A DNA stretch of 64,000 nt from Alphaproteobacteria bacterium (lineage in GTDB: Bacteria; Pseudomonadota; Alphaproteobacteria; MPNO01): positions 540,844 to 604,843 of the forward strand of contig OZ251446.1 in assembly GCA_965242495.1 (NCBI GenBank), read 5' to 3'. Numbering within the stretch: position 1 is the first letter of the stretch; every line of letters begins with the position of its first letter. Positions 45,051-55,451 of the stretch are shown here, in pieces. The notes beneath the pieces are model-generated. The model ran no database searches, was not told the DNA's origin, and saw only the letters and a list, made by a program, of their open reading frames with translations. The position numbers and the translations under genes were made by a program.

Positions 45051-46862
45051 TCAGGCCCTGGCCGCCACGGCGTCCCACCGGTCGCCGGCGTCGGCGAATT
45101 GCAACGCATGGAGCCGGGCGTAGGCGCCTCTGCGGGCGAGGAGTTCGCCATGCGATCCGGTCTCGACGATGCGCCCCTGTTGCAGGACGTAGATCAGATC
45201 GGCGTCGTGGATCGTGGACAGGCGATGCGCGATGACCAGCGTCGTTCGCCCCTGCTTGAGGCGCAGGAGAGCGGCTTGCACGCGGTGTTCCGACTCGGCG
45301 TCCAGCGACGAGGTCGCCTCGTCGAGCAGCAGGATCGGCGCATCCTTGAGCATCGCCCTCGCGATCGCGAGACGCTGGCGCTGGCCGCCCGAAAGCTTGA
45401 CCCCGCGCCCACCCACGCGCGTGTCGTAACCGCGAGGCAGGGCGGCGATGAAGTCATGGGCGCCCGCATCGCGCGCAGCGGCGATGAGTTCTTCTTCGCC
45501 GGCGTCGGGCCTGCCATAGGCGATGTTGGCCCGGACGGTATCGTCGAACAGGGTGATTTCCTGGCTCACCAGCGCGATGCTGGCGCGCAGGCTGGTGAGC
45601 GTCACGTCCCGGACGTCGGCCCCGTCGATAAGGACGGCGCCCTCGTCGACGTCGTAGAATCGCGGAATCAGGTTGAAAACGGTCGACTTGCCGGCCCCCG
45701 AAGGGCCGACCAATGCGACCGTCCGGCCGGCGGGGACGTCGAGGTCGACGCCGTCGAGGGCGCGCCGTTCGCCGTTATAGGCAAAGTTCACCCGGTCGAA
45801 GGCGATCCGGCCGGCGGTTACCGCGAGTCGCCTCGCGCCCGCCCGGTCGACGACGTCGGGTTCTATGTCCAGCAGCGCGAAGACGCGCTGCGCCGCCGCG
45901 AGCCCTTCCTGGAGGGTTGTGTTCATGTTGGCGACGCTCTTGAGCGGTTGATAGGCGAGCAGCATCGCCGTCAGAAAGGAAAAGAACGTCCCTGGCGTCG
46001 TTGCGCCGGCGATCACCTGGCTGCCGCCGTAGAAGATCACCGCTGCGGCCGCGACCCCGCCCAGGGTCTCCATCAGCGGGCGACTCGCCGAGCGGACCCG
46101 CGCGGCCTTCCAGAACAGCCGGAAGATGGCCTCCAGCAAGGACCGCGCGCGCCCGGTTTCGTAGCGTTCCATGCCGTAGGCCTTGACCACGCGGACGCCC
46201 TGGAAGGTCTCGTCGAGCAGGGTGGTGAACTGGGCGATCCGCGCTTGCGTATCCGCCGACACGCGGCGGACGCGCCGGCCGATGAGCAGGATCGGGTAGA
46301 TGGATCCCGGGAAGACGATGAACGCGATCATGGCGAGCAGCGCATCCTGATGGAACATCAGCGCCACCAGGAAGGCGAGGGTCAGCGCGTCCTTGGCGAT
46401 CCCGGTGAGCGATCTCACCACCGAATAACGCAGCATGTTGGCGTCGTTGATAAAGCGTGAGATTAGTTTTCCGCTCGAAGTATCAGCGAAAAAAGCGAGA
46501 TCGGCGCGCATAAGGCGCGCATACATGCCGGCTTGCAGGGTCGAGACGATCCGCTGACCGGCGAACTCCATCTGCACCGCCTCGAGATAGCCGGCTGTCC
46601 CCTTGACGACGGCGAGCACGAAGACCGCCAGCGGCACCAAGTAGAGCAGCCGCATATCCCGGTCGATGAACACGTCGTCGAGGACGGGCTCCATCAACCA
46701 CGCGTTTCCCGCGGTCGCGCCCGCGCCGACCATCATGCAGAGGATCGCGAGCGACAGGCGCACGGCGTGCGTGCGCAGATAGTCCCGCAGCAGCCGGCGC
46801 ACCAACTCCGCCGTCGGCAGGTGACGAGCCGGATCGGGAGATATGGCGGAGACCTCGCCCAC
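45051..46862 (-). CDS. msbA: lipid A export ABC transporter (permease/ATPase fusion)
   Basis: Six N-terminal transmembrane helices plus a nucleotide-binding domain with Walker [10 protein letters not shown], signature [14 protein letters not shown], Walker [13 protein letters not shown] and the H-loop. Confidence 0.9.
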   Translation of the reverse strand: MGEVSAISPDPARHLPTAELVRRLLRDYLRTHAVRLSLAILCMMVGAGATAGNAWLMEPVLDDVFIDRDMRLLYLVPLAVFVLAVVKGTAGYLEAVQMEFAGQRIVSTLQAGMYARLMRADLAFFADTSSGKLISRFINDANMLRYSVVRSLTGIAKDALTLAFLVALMFHQDALLAMIAFIVFPGSIYPILLIGRRVRRVSADTQARIAQFTTLLDETFQGVRVVKAYGMERYETGRARSLLEAIFRLFWKAARVRSASRPLMETLGGVAAAAVIFYGGSQVIAGATTPGTFFSFLTAMLLAYQPLKSVANMNTTLQEGLAAAQRVFALLDIEPDVVDRAGARRLAVTAGRIAFDRVNFAYNGERRALDGVDLDVPAGRTVALVGPSGAGKSTVFNLIPRFYDVDEGAVLIDGADVRDVTLTSLRASIALVSQEITLFDDTVRANIAYGRPDAGEEELIAAARDAGAHDFIAALPRGYDTRVGGRGVKLSGGQRQRLAIARAMLKDAPILLLDEATSSLDAESEHRVQAALLRLKQGRTTLVIAHRLSTIHDADLIYVLQQGRIVETGSHGELLARRGAYARLHALQFADAGDRWDAVAARA

Positions 46863-46966
46863 CGATTGGCACCTATGTCGCGCCGGATCATCCTAGTCCG
46901 CATTTCCCGCCCTGGCCATGGCCTGGGGGAGGGGCGAGGAACGCGGCGTTTCCCGCGCGGAGCGAG

Positions 46967-48346
46967 CTACCGTCCGGCGACCGTCATCCCGTCCACGCGG
47001 ACCGTTGGCGCATCGACGCCGTAGCGGAACTCGAGGTCCTCGGCCGGCGTCAGATTGGCGAACATGTCCTTGAGGTTGCCGGCTACCGTGAGTTCGCTCA
47101 CCGGATAGGCGATTTCGCCGTTCTCGATCCAGAAACCGGTCGCGCCGCGGCTGTAATCGCCGGTGACGACACTGACGCCCATGCCGATCAGCTCGACGAC
47201 GTAGAACCCGCTGCGGATGTCGCCGATGAGGTCTTCGCGGGTGATACCGCCCGCCTGCATGAAGAGGTTGGTCGTCGCCGGCGACGGCGGCGAGGCGGTT
47301 CCCCGCGCCGCGTTTCCAGTGGTCTCGAGGCCGAGCTGGCGGGCCGAGCCGAGATCCAGCACCCAGCTCGCGAGCCGGCCGTTCTCGACTAGGGCGCGGC
47401 GCGCGTTGGCGATCCCCTCGGCGTCGAACGGCTTGGAGCGCAAGCCGCGCCGACGATGAGGGTCGTCCACGATCGCGACCGCCTCGCCGAAGACCCGCTC
47501 GCCCATCGATTCCTTGAGAAAGGAAGTGCCGCGCGAGATCGGGACGCCGTTGACGGCTCTGGCGAAATGGCCGACCAGTCCGCCCGAGACGCGCCGGTCG
47601 TAGACCACCGGGACCTGTGCGGTCTTGATCTTGCGCGCGCCCAACCGCCTGGCCGCTCGCTCCCCGGCGCGCCGCCCGATCTCCTCCGGCGGCGGCAGGT
47701 CGGCGCCATGGACCGCGGTGGCGTAGTCGTAGTCCCGCTCCATGTCCGCGCCGTCGCCGGCGAGCACCGACACGGCGAGGCTATGGGAGGACGAGTCGTA
47801 GCTCCGCGCGAAGCCGTTGGTCGCGGCGAGGGCCGCCACCGACCGGCTCCAGCCCGCCTCGGCGCCTTCGGAATTGGTGATCTTGGGAACCGCCCGCGCG
47901 GCGTCCTCGGCGCGGGCGGCTTTGTCGATCAGCGAATCGGCCGAGGGCTCCTGCGGGTCGCAGATGTCAAGCGCCGGCGCGACGCCGGCCAGCTGTCCCG
48001 GATCGGCTAGCCCGGCATAGGGATCGTCCGGAGCAGCGCGCGCCATGGCGACGCAACGTTCGGCGAGGGCGGCGAAGGTGTCCGCCGCGAGATCCGTCGA
48101 CGACACGATCGCCTGCTTCCTGCCGACGAAGGCCCGCAGGCCGAGATCGCGGCTCTCCGCCCGCTCGAGCTTCTCGGATCTGCCGAGCCGCTGCGCCACT
48201 TCGATCGACGCCGACTCGAAGAACACGGCGTCGGCCGAGTCCGCTCCCGCCCGCTTGGCGCAGGCGAGAAGCCGGTCGAGGAGATCAAGAGGAGCGGGGG
48301 CGCGGGTCATGTCCGTCCCGGAACGCTGGATGCCGGGTCGGGTCAT
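46967..48346 (-). CDS. pmbA: PmbA/TldE-family metalloprotease
   Basis: A TldD/PmbA-family protein (…GRSEKLERAESRDLGLRAFVGRKQAIVSSTDL…). The alternative ATG at 48310 is equally possible. Confidence 0.8.
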   Translation of the reverse strand: MTRPGIQRSGTDMTRAPAPLDLLDRLLACAKRAGADSADAVFFESASIEVAQRLGRSEKLERAESRDLGLRAFVGRKQAIVSSTDLAADTFAALAERCVAMARAAPDDPYAGLADPGQLAGVAPALDICDPQEPSADSLIDKAARAEDAARAVPKITNSEGAEAGWSRSVAALAATNGFARSYDSSSHSLAVSVLAGDGADMERDYDYATAVHGADLPPPEEIGRRAGERAARRLGARKIKTAQVPVVYDRRVSGGLVGHFARAVNGVPISRGTSFLKESMGERVFGEAVAIVDDPHRRRGLRSKPFDAEGIANARRALVENGRLASWVLDLGSARQLGLETTGNAARGTASPPSPATTNLFMQAGGITREDLIGDIRSGFYVVELIGMGVSVVTGDYSRGATGFWIENGEIAYPVSELTVAGNLKDMFANLTPAEDLEFRYGVDAPTVRVDGMTVAGR

Positions 48347-48359
48347 CCGGGGCCGCGGA

Positions 48360-49859
48360 TCACGGCGACCGCCAGATCGGCTTGCCCGAGCCGGGAAGGC
48401 CCAGATCCGACCACATCGACGATACCCTCCGCACGACCGAATCGGTCATCCGGATTTTGCGTCCCCATTCGCGCGCGGTCTCCGGCGGCGACTTGGCCGT
48501 GGCGTCGATCCCGAGCTTGGCGCCGAGGCCGGGCTGCGGCGACGCGAAATCCAGATAGTCGATCGGCGTGTTCTCGATGACGGTCAGGTCGCGCGCAGGG
48601 TCCACGTTGGTCGAGATCGCCCACATCACGTCGGTCCAGTCGCGCGCCGAGAAGTCGTCGTCCACGACGATGATGATCTTGGTGTATACGAATTGGCGCA
48701 GGAACGACCATATGCCCATCATGACCCGCTTGGCGTGACCCGGATAGGCCTTGCGGATGCTGACCACGCCGATGCGGTAGGAGCAGGCTTCGGGCGGCAG
48801 CCAGAAGTCCACGATCTCGGGGAATTGCTGCGTCAGCAGGGGAACGAACACCTCGTTCAACGTCTCGGCCAGGATCGAGGGTTCGTCCGGCGGCCGGCCG
48901 GTGAAGGTGGTCAAATAGATCGGCCGCCGCCGCATCGTGATCGCGCTCACAGAGAATATGGGGAAAGGCTCGACGGCGTTGTAATAGCCGGTGTGGTCGC
49001 CATAGGGCCCCTCGTCCGCGCAGTCGTGCGCGGACACATGGCCTTCGATTACAATCTCGGCCTCGGCCGGCACTTTGAGCGGGACCGTCTTGCAGTCGAC
49101 CAACCGGCCGCGTCGGCCGCGCAACAGCCCGGCGAAGCGGTATTCGGACATGCCTTCGGGCGCCGGCGTCACGGCCGCTATGATCGTCGCCGGATCGGCG
49201 CCGACGACCGCGGCTGCCGGCAGCCCCTCGCCGCGGGCGGCGCGGGCGGCGTGGTGCCGCGCGCCGCCGCGATGGCGCAGCCAGCGCATCAGCGTGCTGT
49301 TCCGCCCCGTGACCTGCATGCGGTAGATGCCGAGATTGGCCCGCCCGTCGTCGCCCTCGGTCACCACCAGCGGCCAGGTAATCAGGGGCGCCGGCTCGTC
49401 CGGCCAGCAGGTCTGGACCGGCAGCCGGCCCAGATCGACCTCGTCTCCGGTCAGCACGACCTCCTGGCAGGGCGCGCGGGTCACGGTCTTCGGCGTCATC
49501 GCCAGGGCCGTCTTGAGCAACGGAAGCATCTCGACGGCGTCGCGCCAGCCGCCGGGCGGTTCGGGTTGGCGCAGGAAGGCGAGCTGTTCGCCAAGCGCGC
49601 GCAGGTCGGAGATCTCCCGCCCCATTCCCCATGCGACGCGCTCGCCGGTGCCGAACAGATTGGCGAGCACCGGGATCGGCGACGGCCGTCCGTCCGCATA
49701 TGTCGGCGCCTCGAACAGGACCGCCGGACCGCCTTCCGCCAGCAGCCGGGTCTGAATCTCGGTGATTTCGAGCGCCACCGATACCGGAGTCGTCACCCGG
49801 ACGAGCCGTCCCTCGGCCTCGAGCCGATGCACGAAATCGCGGAGGGAGGCATAAACCAT
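48360..49859 (-). CDS. ubiD: UbiD-family decarboxylase (4-hydroxy-3-polyprenylbenzoate decarboxylase-like)
   Basis: Starts MVYASLRDFVHRLEAEGRLVRVTTPVS…; the ATG lies 111 nt inside track ORF 48360..49970. Confidence 0.85.
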   Translation of the reverse strand: MVYASLRDFVHRLEAEGRLVRVTTPVSVALEITEIQTRLLAEGGPAVLFEAPTYADGRPSPIPVLANLFGTGERVAWGMGREISDLRALGEQLAFLRQPEPPGGWRDAVEMLPLLKTALAMTPKTVTRAPCQEVVLTGDEVDLGRLPVQTCWPDEPAPLITWPLVVTEGDDGRANLGIYRMQVTGRNSTLMRWLRHRGGARHHAARAARGEGLPAAAVVGADPATIIAAVTPAPEGMSEYRFAGLLRGRRGRLVDCKTVPLKVPAEAEIVIEGHVSAHDCADEGPYGDHTGYYNAVEPFPIFSVSAITMRRRPIYLTTFTGRPPDEPSILAETLNEVFVPLLTQQFPEIVDFWLPPEACSYRIGVVSIRKAYPGHAKRVMMGIWSFLRQFVYTKIIIVVDDDFSARDWTDVMWAISTNVDPARDLTVIENTPIDYLDFASPQPGLGAKLGIDATAKSPPETAREWGRKIRMTDSVVRRVSSMWSDLGLPGSGKPIWRSP

Positions 49860-50844
49860 GGCCGAACGCCAATCAGGCAACAACGATGAGGGCAGGTCAA
49901 GCGACCGGCGGAACAATCGCAGAGTCGAGCCGATTCCGGAAAGTCGGAACGTCGGGCGAGCCGCCGACAACGGTTGGAGTCGATCGATTGCAACCGAAGG
50001 AATATCGGATACAAACGAACCGCCCCGGACGACCGCGGTCGAGGACCGTCCGCGCGCCCCTGACGCAACCGGATCGCGAGAGTCCGAAACCGTCTTTCCC
50101 GTCTACGAAAGGACGACCGTTCGGCCCGTCGTGGAAGACCGCATTCGTCACGCCAAGTCGTATCCGTTCGCCATTCCGGACCGCGCCTATGTCTATCGGA
50201 ATGGCGCGGTCGAGCCCTACAGGCCGGCGGAAGTCGAACGCGAGGGCCGCATACCCGTCCTCGCCGCCGGCTCCAACCAGTCGCCCGAGCAGATCGCGCG
50301 CAAATACGCCCGCCTCGAAGGCGAGATCGTGATCCCCGCGCAGCGCGGCTACCTGTGGAATTTCGACTCCGTCTACGCCGCCCACATCACCGGCTACGGC
50401 TCGGTTCCTGCGACCTTCCGGCGCGCGCCCGGAACGGCCGTTTCCGTCTTCGTCCTGTGGCTGAACGATGCGCAGCTGGCGCGCATGCACGAGACCGAGG
50501 GCAGCTATACGTTCGACCGCCTGGACAGCATCCGCCTCGCCTTGGACGGAACGGCGGAGACCTTGACCTCGGCCTTCGCCTATTCGTCGCGGGTCGGATG
50601 CCTGAACGTCGGCGGCGCATGCGTCGCTCTCGCCGCCATCGCGGCGCGCGGCCGGCGGTTTCCCGCCCGCGCCCAGCCCGAAATTCTCGGCGTCCTGCGC
50701 GACAGGCAGGCGCCCGGCCAGAAGCTGGACGACTTCATCCGCGACTGTCTGGACGACGACGGCCTGCGCCGGGCGCGTTCGCACGCGCTGGGCCGCGACG
50801 CCTTGCCGCTGGCCTATCGCCGGCAAATTGTGGCGTCGCCCTGA
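49858..50844 (+). CDS. gamma-glutamylcyclotransferase (GGCT/AIG2-like) fold protein with a low-complexity N-terminal region (start uncertain; GTG at 50131 is an alternative)
   Basis: The C-terminal ~200 aa match GGCT-like hallmarks (…IPVLAAGSNQSPEQI… then …GTAVSVFVLWLNDAQLARMHETEGSYTFDRLDSIRL…). The first ~90 codons are Arg/Asn/Glu-rich and overlap the ubiD start on the other strand. Confidence 0.45.
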   Translation: MAERQSGNNDEGRSSDRRNNRRVEPIPESRNVGRAADNGWSRSIATEGISDTNEPPRTTAVEDRPRAPDATGSRESETVFPVYERTTVRPVVEDRIRHAKSYPFAIPDRAYVYRNGAVEPYRPAEVEREGRIPVLAAGSNQSPEQIARKYARLEGEIVIPAQRGYLWNFDSVYAAHITGYGSVPATFRRAPGTAVSVFVLWLNDAQLARMHETEGSYTFDRLDSIRLALDGTAETLTSAFAYSSRVGCLNVGGACVALAAIAARGRRFPARAQPEILGVLRDRQAPGQKLDDFIRDCLDDDGLRRARSHALGRDALPLAYRRQIVASP

Positions 50845-50848
50845 CGCG

Positions 50849-53635
50849 CTATTCGGCCACCGCCGCCTCGCGGGCCGGCGTGATGCGGGCGGCGCAGAAC
50901 TTGAATTCCGGGATCTTGCCGACCGGATCCAAGGCCGGATTGGTAAGGAAGTTGGCCGCAGCCTCGGCGTAGCAGAAGGGGATGAAGACGACGCCTTCGG
51001 GGACGTCCGGATCGGCGCGCGATCCGAGTTCGATCATGCCGCGTCGGGTCTCGACGCGGATTGCCGCCCCGGGCACGAGCTGCAACGCGCGCAGGTCGCG
51101 GGGGTTCATGGCCGCGATCGCCTCCGGCTCGATCCGGTCCAGCACCTGCGCCCTGCGGGTCATTGCGCCAGTATGCCAATGCTCCAGCAGCCGGCCGGTG
51201 GTCAGGATCATCGGAAACCGCTCGTCCGGAAGTTCGTCGGGCGGCAGGACTGCCGCCGGGACGAATCGTCCGCGCCCGTTCCCGGTCGGGAAGCCGCCGC
51301 CGAAAATCACCTCGGCGCCCGGCTCGTCCTCGGCCTCCACCGGGTAGGTAACCGAATCCTCGCGGGCCAGCCGCGACCAGGACAGCCCCTTGATCGAGGG
51401 CATGCAGGCGCGCATTTCGGCAAAGACGTCGGCCGGGCCGGCATAGCGCCAGTCGAGCCCAAGCCGGCGGGCGATCTCCTGGACGATCCACCAGTCCTGG
51501 CGCGCTTCGCCGGGCAGCGGCAGGGCCGCGCGGCCCATCTGCACCTGGCGGTTGGTGTTGGTATAGGTCCCGTCCTTCTCCGGAAACGCCGACGCCGGCA
51601 GGACGACGTCGGCGAAATAAGCCGTCTCGGTGAGGAACAATTCCTGGACCACGAGATGTTCGAGCTTGGCCAGCCCCTCGCGCGCATGCGCCGCGTCCGG
51701 ATCCGACATCGCCGGATTCTCGCCCATGATGTACATGCCGCGGATTTCGCCAGTATGGACTGCATCCATGATTTCGACGACGGTCAAGCCCGGGTCGGGA
51801 TCGAGCGGCGCGCCCCAGAACGATTCCAGGTCGCTCCTGGCGCCGGCGTCGCCCACCCGCCGGTAGTCGGGATAGAACATCGGGATCAGCCCCGCGTCGG
51901 AAGCGCCCTGGACGTTGTTTTGGCCCCGGAGCGGGTGGAGCCCGGTCCCCGGCCGCCCGACATTGCCGGTCATCAGGGCCAGCGAGATCAGACAGCGGGC
52001 ATTGTCGGTCCCGTGGATATGCTGTGAGATTCCCATCCCCCAAAAGACGATCGCCGCTTCGGCTTCGGCATAGATGCGGGCGATGGCGCGAATCGTCCCG
52101 GCGTCGATTCCACAGACCGGCGCCATGGCCTCGGGCGGGAAGTCCGCGAGATGCGCTCGCAACTCCTCGAATCCCTCGGTGAATTTCTCGATGTAACTCT
52201 CGTCGTAAAGGCCTTCCTCGAGGATGGCGTGCATCAAGGCGTTCAGCAGCGCCACGTCGGTTCCCGGCTTGAACGCGAGCATATGCGTCGCATGGCGCGA
52301 AAGCGCTTGGCCGCGCGGGTCCATGACGATCAGCGTGGCTCTGCGCCGGACGGCGTTCTTGAAGAAGGTCGCGGCCACCGGGTGGTTCACCGCCGGGTTG
52401 GCGCCGATCACGACGATCACGTCCGAATTCCGGCAGTCGTAGAACGGCGCGGTGACCGCGCCGGAGTTGATCGTCTCCATGAGCGCGGCGACGGAAGAGG
52501 CGTGGCATAACCGCGTGCAGTGATCGACGTTGTTGCTGCCGAACCCGGCGCGCACCAGCTTCTGGAACAGATAGGCTTCCTCGTTGGAGCCCTTGGCCGA
52601 GCCGAAACCCGCAAGCGCTTTGCCGCCATGCCGGTCGCGAATGCGCCGGAGTCCGGCGGCGGCGACGTCCAGCGCCTCGTCCCAGCTCGCCTCGCGGAAA
52701 TGCGTCGACGGGTCGGCAGGGTCGAAGTCGAGATCGGTATCCTTGGCGACGTCTCGCCGACGGATCAGCGGCGTCGACAGCCGGTCTTCATGGGCCACGT
52801 AGTCGAAGCCGAACCTGCCCTTGACGCATAACCGGCCGCGATTGGCCGGGCCGTCGCGCCCCTCGACCCGGACGATCCGGTCGTCCTTGACGCGATAGGT
52901 GAGCTGGCAGCCAACGCCGCAATAGGGGCAAACGCTGTCGACCTGCCGGTCCGCCTCGACCTTTCCTTGGCCGTCGGCCTGGAACACGGTCGCGGGCAGC
53001 AGCGCGCCCGTCGGGCAGGCCTGGACGCATTCGCCGCAGGCGACGCAGCTGCTGGCGCCCATCGGATCGTCGAAATCGAACACGATGCTTGCTTGCGCTC
53101 CGCGCGCCGCCATACCGATCACGTCGTTGACCTGGACCTCGCGACAGGCGCGCACGCACAGCGTGCAGTTGATGCAGGAATCCAGATTCACCGCCATCGC
53201 CGGGTGGCTGAAATCGGCGGCAGGCGCGGGGCGCGGAGCGAAACGGCTGTCCCCGATTCCGATCCGGTCGGCCCAACCCCAGAAACGGGACGCCGGATCG
53301 TGCGCCGCCGCCCGGCGCGGCTGGTCGGCAATCAGCAGTTCGAACACCATGCGCCGCGACCGCCGGGCGCGTTCCGACGCCGTCGCGACCGACATCCCCG
53401 CGCTGGGTTCCCGGACGCAGGATGCGGCCAGAACCCGTTCGCCCTCAATCTCGACCATGCAGGCGCGGCAGTTGCCGTCCGGGCGGTAATCCGGCGCCGA
53501 CATGTGGCAGAGATGCGGGATCTCTGTCCCCCGCCGATGGGCGACCTGCCAGATCGTCTCGCCGGGCGCGGCGGTGACCTCCTCGCCGTCGAGGGTAAAC
53601 GTCAACCCCGCCGACGTTTCGGCGTTCGTCTGCAT
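50849..53635 (-). CDS. fdsA: NAD-dependent formate dehydrogenase alpha subunit (molybdopterin; NuoG-like N-terminus)
   Basis: From MQTNAETSAGLTFTLDGEEV: a 2Fe-2S ferredoxin-like domain, 4Fe-4S motifs (CINCTLCVRACREVQ, CVACGECVQACP), and the Mo-bisPGD domain with …CVKGRFGFDY… and …CTRLCHASSV…. There is no in-frame TGA, so Cys rather than Sec is used. Confidence 0.9.
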   Translation of the reverse strand: MQTNAETSAGLTFTLDGEEVTAAPGETIWQVAHRRGTEIPHLCHMSAPDYRPDGNCRACMVEIEGERVLAASCVREPSAGMSVATASERARRSRRMVFELLIADQPRRAAAHDPASRFWGWADRIGIGDSRFAPRPAPAADFSHPAMAVNLDSCINCTLCVRACREVQVNDVIGMAARGAQASIVFDFDDPMGASSCVACGECVQACPTGALLPATVFQADGQGKVEADRQVDSVCPYCGVGCQLTYRVKDDRIVRVEGRDGPANRGRLCVKGRFGFDYVAHEDRLSTPLIRRRDVAKDTDLDFDPADPSTHFREASWDEALDVAAAGLRRIRDRHGGKALAGFGSAKGSNEEAYLFQKLVRAGFGSNNVDHCTRLCHASSVAALMETINSGAVTAPFYDCRNSDVIVVIGANPAVNHPVAATFFKNAVRRRATLIVMDPRGQALSRHATHMLAFKPGTDVALLNALMHAILEEGLYDESYIEKFTEGFEELRAHLADFPPEAMAPVCGIDAGTIRAIARIYAEAEAAIVFWGMGISQHIHGTDNARCLISLALMTGNVGRPGTGLHPLRGQNNVQGASDAGLIPMFYPDYRRVGDAGARSDLESFWGAPLDPDPGLTVVEIMDAVHTGEIRGMYIMGENPAMSDPDAAHAREGLAKLEHLVVQELFLTETAYFADVVLPASAFPEKDGTYTNTNRQVQMGRAALPLPGEARQDWWIVQEIARRLGLDWRYAGPADVFAEMRACMPSIKGLSWSRLAREDSVTYPVEAEDEPGAEVIFGGGFPTGNGRGRFVPAAVLPPDELPDERFPMILTTGRLLEHWHTGAMTRRAQVLDRIEPEAIAAMNPRDLRALQLVPGAAIRVETRRGMIELGSRADPDVPEGVVFIPFCYAEAAANFLTNPALDPVGKIPEFKFCAARITPAREAAVAE

Positions 53636-53666
53636 GGCGGTCCGAGCTCCGGGCGTCGCCGTCATT

Positions 53667-55388
53667 CTACGCCGGACCGCGCGCGGGCGCGTCCTCCGGA
53701 AAATATCGCAGAGCGCATAGCAGCCCGTTGGGCGCCGCCTGGCCCAGACCGCAAATCGAAGCATCCATCATGACCGCGCTCAACTCCTCGATCAAAGGCC
53801 GGTCCCATCCCGGGCGCTCCATCAGCGCCGCGGCCTTCTCGCAACCGGCGCGGCAGGGCGTGCATTGGCCGCAACTTTCGTCGGCGAAGAAGCGCATCAG
53901 GTTGAGCGCGGCGTCGGCGGCGCTGTCCCGGTCCGAGAGCACGACGACCGCGGCCGAGCCGATCAGGCAGCCATGCTCCTCCAGCGCGCCGAAATCCAAC
54001 GGCAGGTCCGCGAGACGGGCGGGTAGGATGCCGCCGGACGCGCCGCCCGGCAGGTAGCCCTTGAAGCGGTGGCCGGCCTGCACGCCGCCGCAATGCTCGT
54101 CGATCAGCTGTCGCGCCGAAATGCCGGCGTCGGCGATCTTCACCCCGGGATCGTTCACCCGGCCCGAGACCGAAAACGACCGCAGCCCCTTGCGTCCGTT
54201 ACGGCCGCGCCCGGCGAACCACGCTGGGCCATGATCGAGGATGTCGCGCACCCAGAACAGCGTCTCGACGTTGTTGATCAGCGTCGGCCGTCCGAACAGT
54301 CCGACCTGGGCGGGGAAGGGGGGTTTGTGGCGAGGCAGCCCGCGCTTGCCCTCGATGCTTTCGAGCATCGCCGACTCCTCGCCGCAGATATAGGCTCCGG
54401 CGCCCCGCCGCAAATGAAGCGCGCCGGGGCGGTACAGCCCTTCGCGCTCGAGGCGGGCGACCGCCGCCGACAGCAGAAGCCGCGCCGCCGGGTATTCGTC
54501 GCGCAGATACACATAGGTTTCCTGCGCCGATACCGCCCACTGCCCGATCAACATCCCTTCGAGGAAGCGGTGCGGATCGGTTTCGAGGAAGTGACGATCC
54601 TTGAAGGTGCCGGGTTCGCCCTCGTCGGCGTTCACGACCATATAGCGCGGCGCGGGCTCGGCGCGCACCAGCCGCCATTTTCGTCCGGTCGGGAAACCGG
54701 CTCCGCCGAGGCCGCGCAGCGCCGAATCCTCCAGCGCCGCGATGACGTCTTCGGGCGTCCGCCCGCCGCCGAGGCAATCGCGCAGCAAACGATAACCGCC
54801 GCCAGCGACGTAGTCGTCATAGCCCACATGGTCGGGAAGGACAGGGCGCGTCTCCCGCCCTTCGACGGCGCGCCGGACGGCGGCGGCGGTAGCGCGCGGG
54901 ATCTGGTTATGACCCACCTCGGCCACCGGCGCCCGGTCGCACCCCCCCATGCAGGGCGCCCGCAGGATGCGCGCGCGGCCGTCGAGCTCCGCCGCCGCGA
55001 GCTCGTCCAGCAGCGACTTGGACCCCATCATCTCGCAGGTCAGGCTGTCGCAGACCCGGACGGTGATCTCGGGGGGCGGCGCGCGCTCTTCACGCAGCAC
55101 GTCGAAATGGGCGTAGAAGGTCGCGGTCTCGTACACCTCCGCGAGGGATAGCCGCATCTCGTGCGCAAGTGCCGTCAGATGCCCCGGCGACAGGCAGCGA
55201 TACGCATCCTGGATCAGATGCAAATGTTCGATCAGGAGATCGCGCCGGCGCGGCCGGTCGCCGAGCAGGGCGCGTATCTCTTCATGGGCGTCCGCGTCGA
55301 GTTGCCGGCCCTTGGGAAAGGGCGCCGCCCGATGCCGCCCGGAACCCGGATGGGAGAATTTGCGGAGCCTTGCTTCGTCTGCGGGCAT
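53667..55388 (-). CDS. fdsB: formate dehydrogenase gamma-beta fusion (NuoE-like 2Fe-2S thioredoxin-fold domain plus NuoF-like FMN/NAD/4Fe-4S domain)
   Basis: The N-terminus …LIEHLHLIQDAYRCLSPGHLTALAHEMRLSLAEVYETATFYAHF…CDSLTCEMMG… is FdsG/NuoE-like. The C-terminus …GLGGAGFPTGRKW…YICGEESAMLESIEGKRG… with ESCGQCTPCR is FdsB/NuoF-like. Confidence 0.85.
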   Translation of the reverse strand: MPADEARLRKFSHPGSGRHRAAPFPKGRQLDADAHEEIRALLGDRPRRRDLLIEHLHLIQDAYRCLSPGHLTALAHEMRLSLAEVYETATFYAHFDVLREERAPPPEITVRVCDSLTCEMMGSKSLLDELAAAELDGRARILRAPCMGGCDRAPVAEVGHNQIPRATAAAVRRAVEGRETRPVLPDHVGYDDYVAGGGYRLLRDCLGGGRTPEDVIAALEDSALRGLGGAGFPTGRKWRLVRAEPAPRYMVVNADEGEPGTFKDRHFLETDPHRFLEGMLIGQWAVSAQETYVYLRDEYPAARLLLSAAVARLEREGLYRPGALHLRRGAGAYICGEESAMLESIEGKRGLPRHKPPFPAQVGLFGRPTLINNVETLFWVRDILDHGPAWFAGRGRNGRKGLRSFSVSGRVNDPGVKIADAGISARQLIDEHCGGVQAGHRFKGYLPGGASGGILPARLADLPLDFGALEEHGCLIGSAAVVVLSDRDSAADAALNLMRFFADESCGQCTPCRAGCEKAAALMERPGWDRPLIEELSAVMMDASICGLGQAAPNGLLCALRYFPEDAPARGPA

Positions 55389-55451
55389 CGGTCTGGCGTC
55401 GGCGCGGAGGTCGCCCGCGACTCTACAGCCTCCGTCGCCGTCTGTCGCCGG

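Noticed and set aside
50849-53764. Possible selenocysteine (in-frame TGA) in the formate dehydrogenase alpha subunit, or an N-terminal extension to 53764.
   Set aside because: The ORF is uninterrupted, so the protein is Cys-type with no recoding and no SECIS needed. The first 43 codons are Arg-rich and precede the conserved 2Fe-2S N-terminus, which starts at the ATG 53633-53635.
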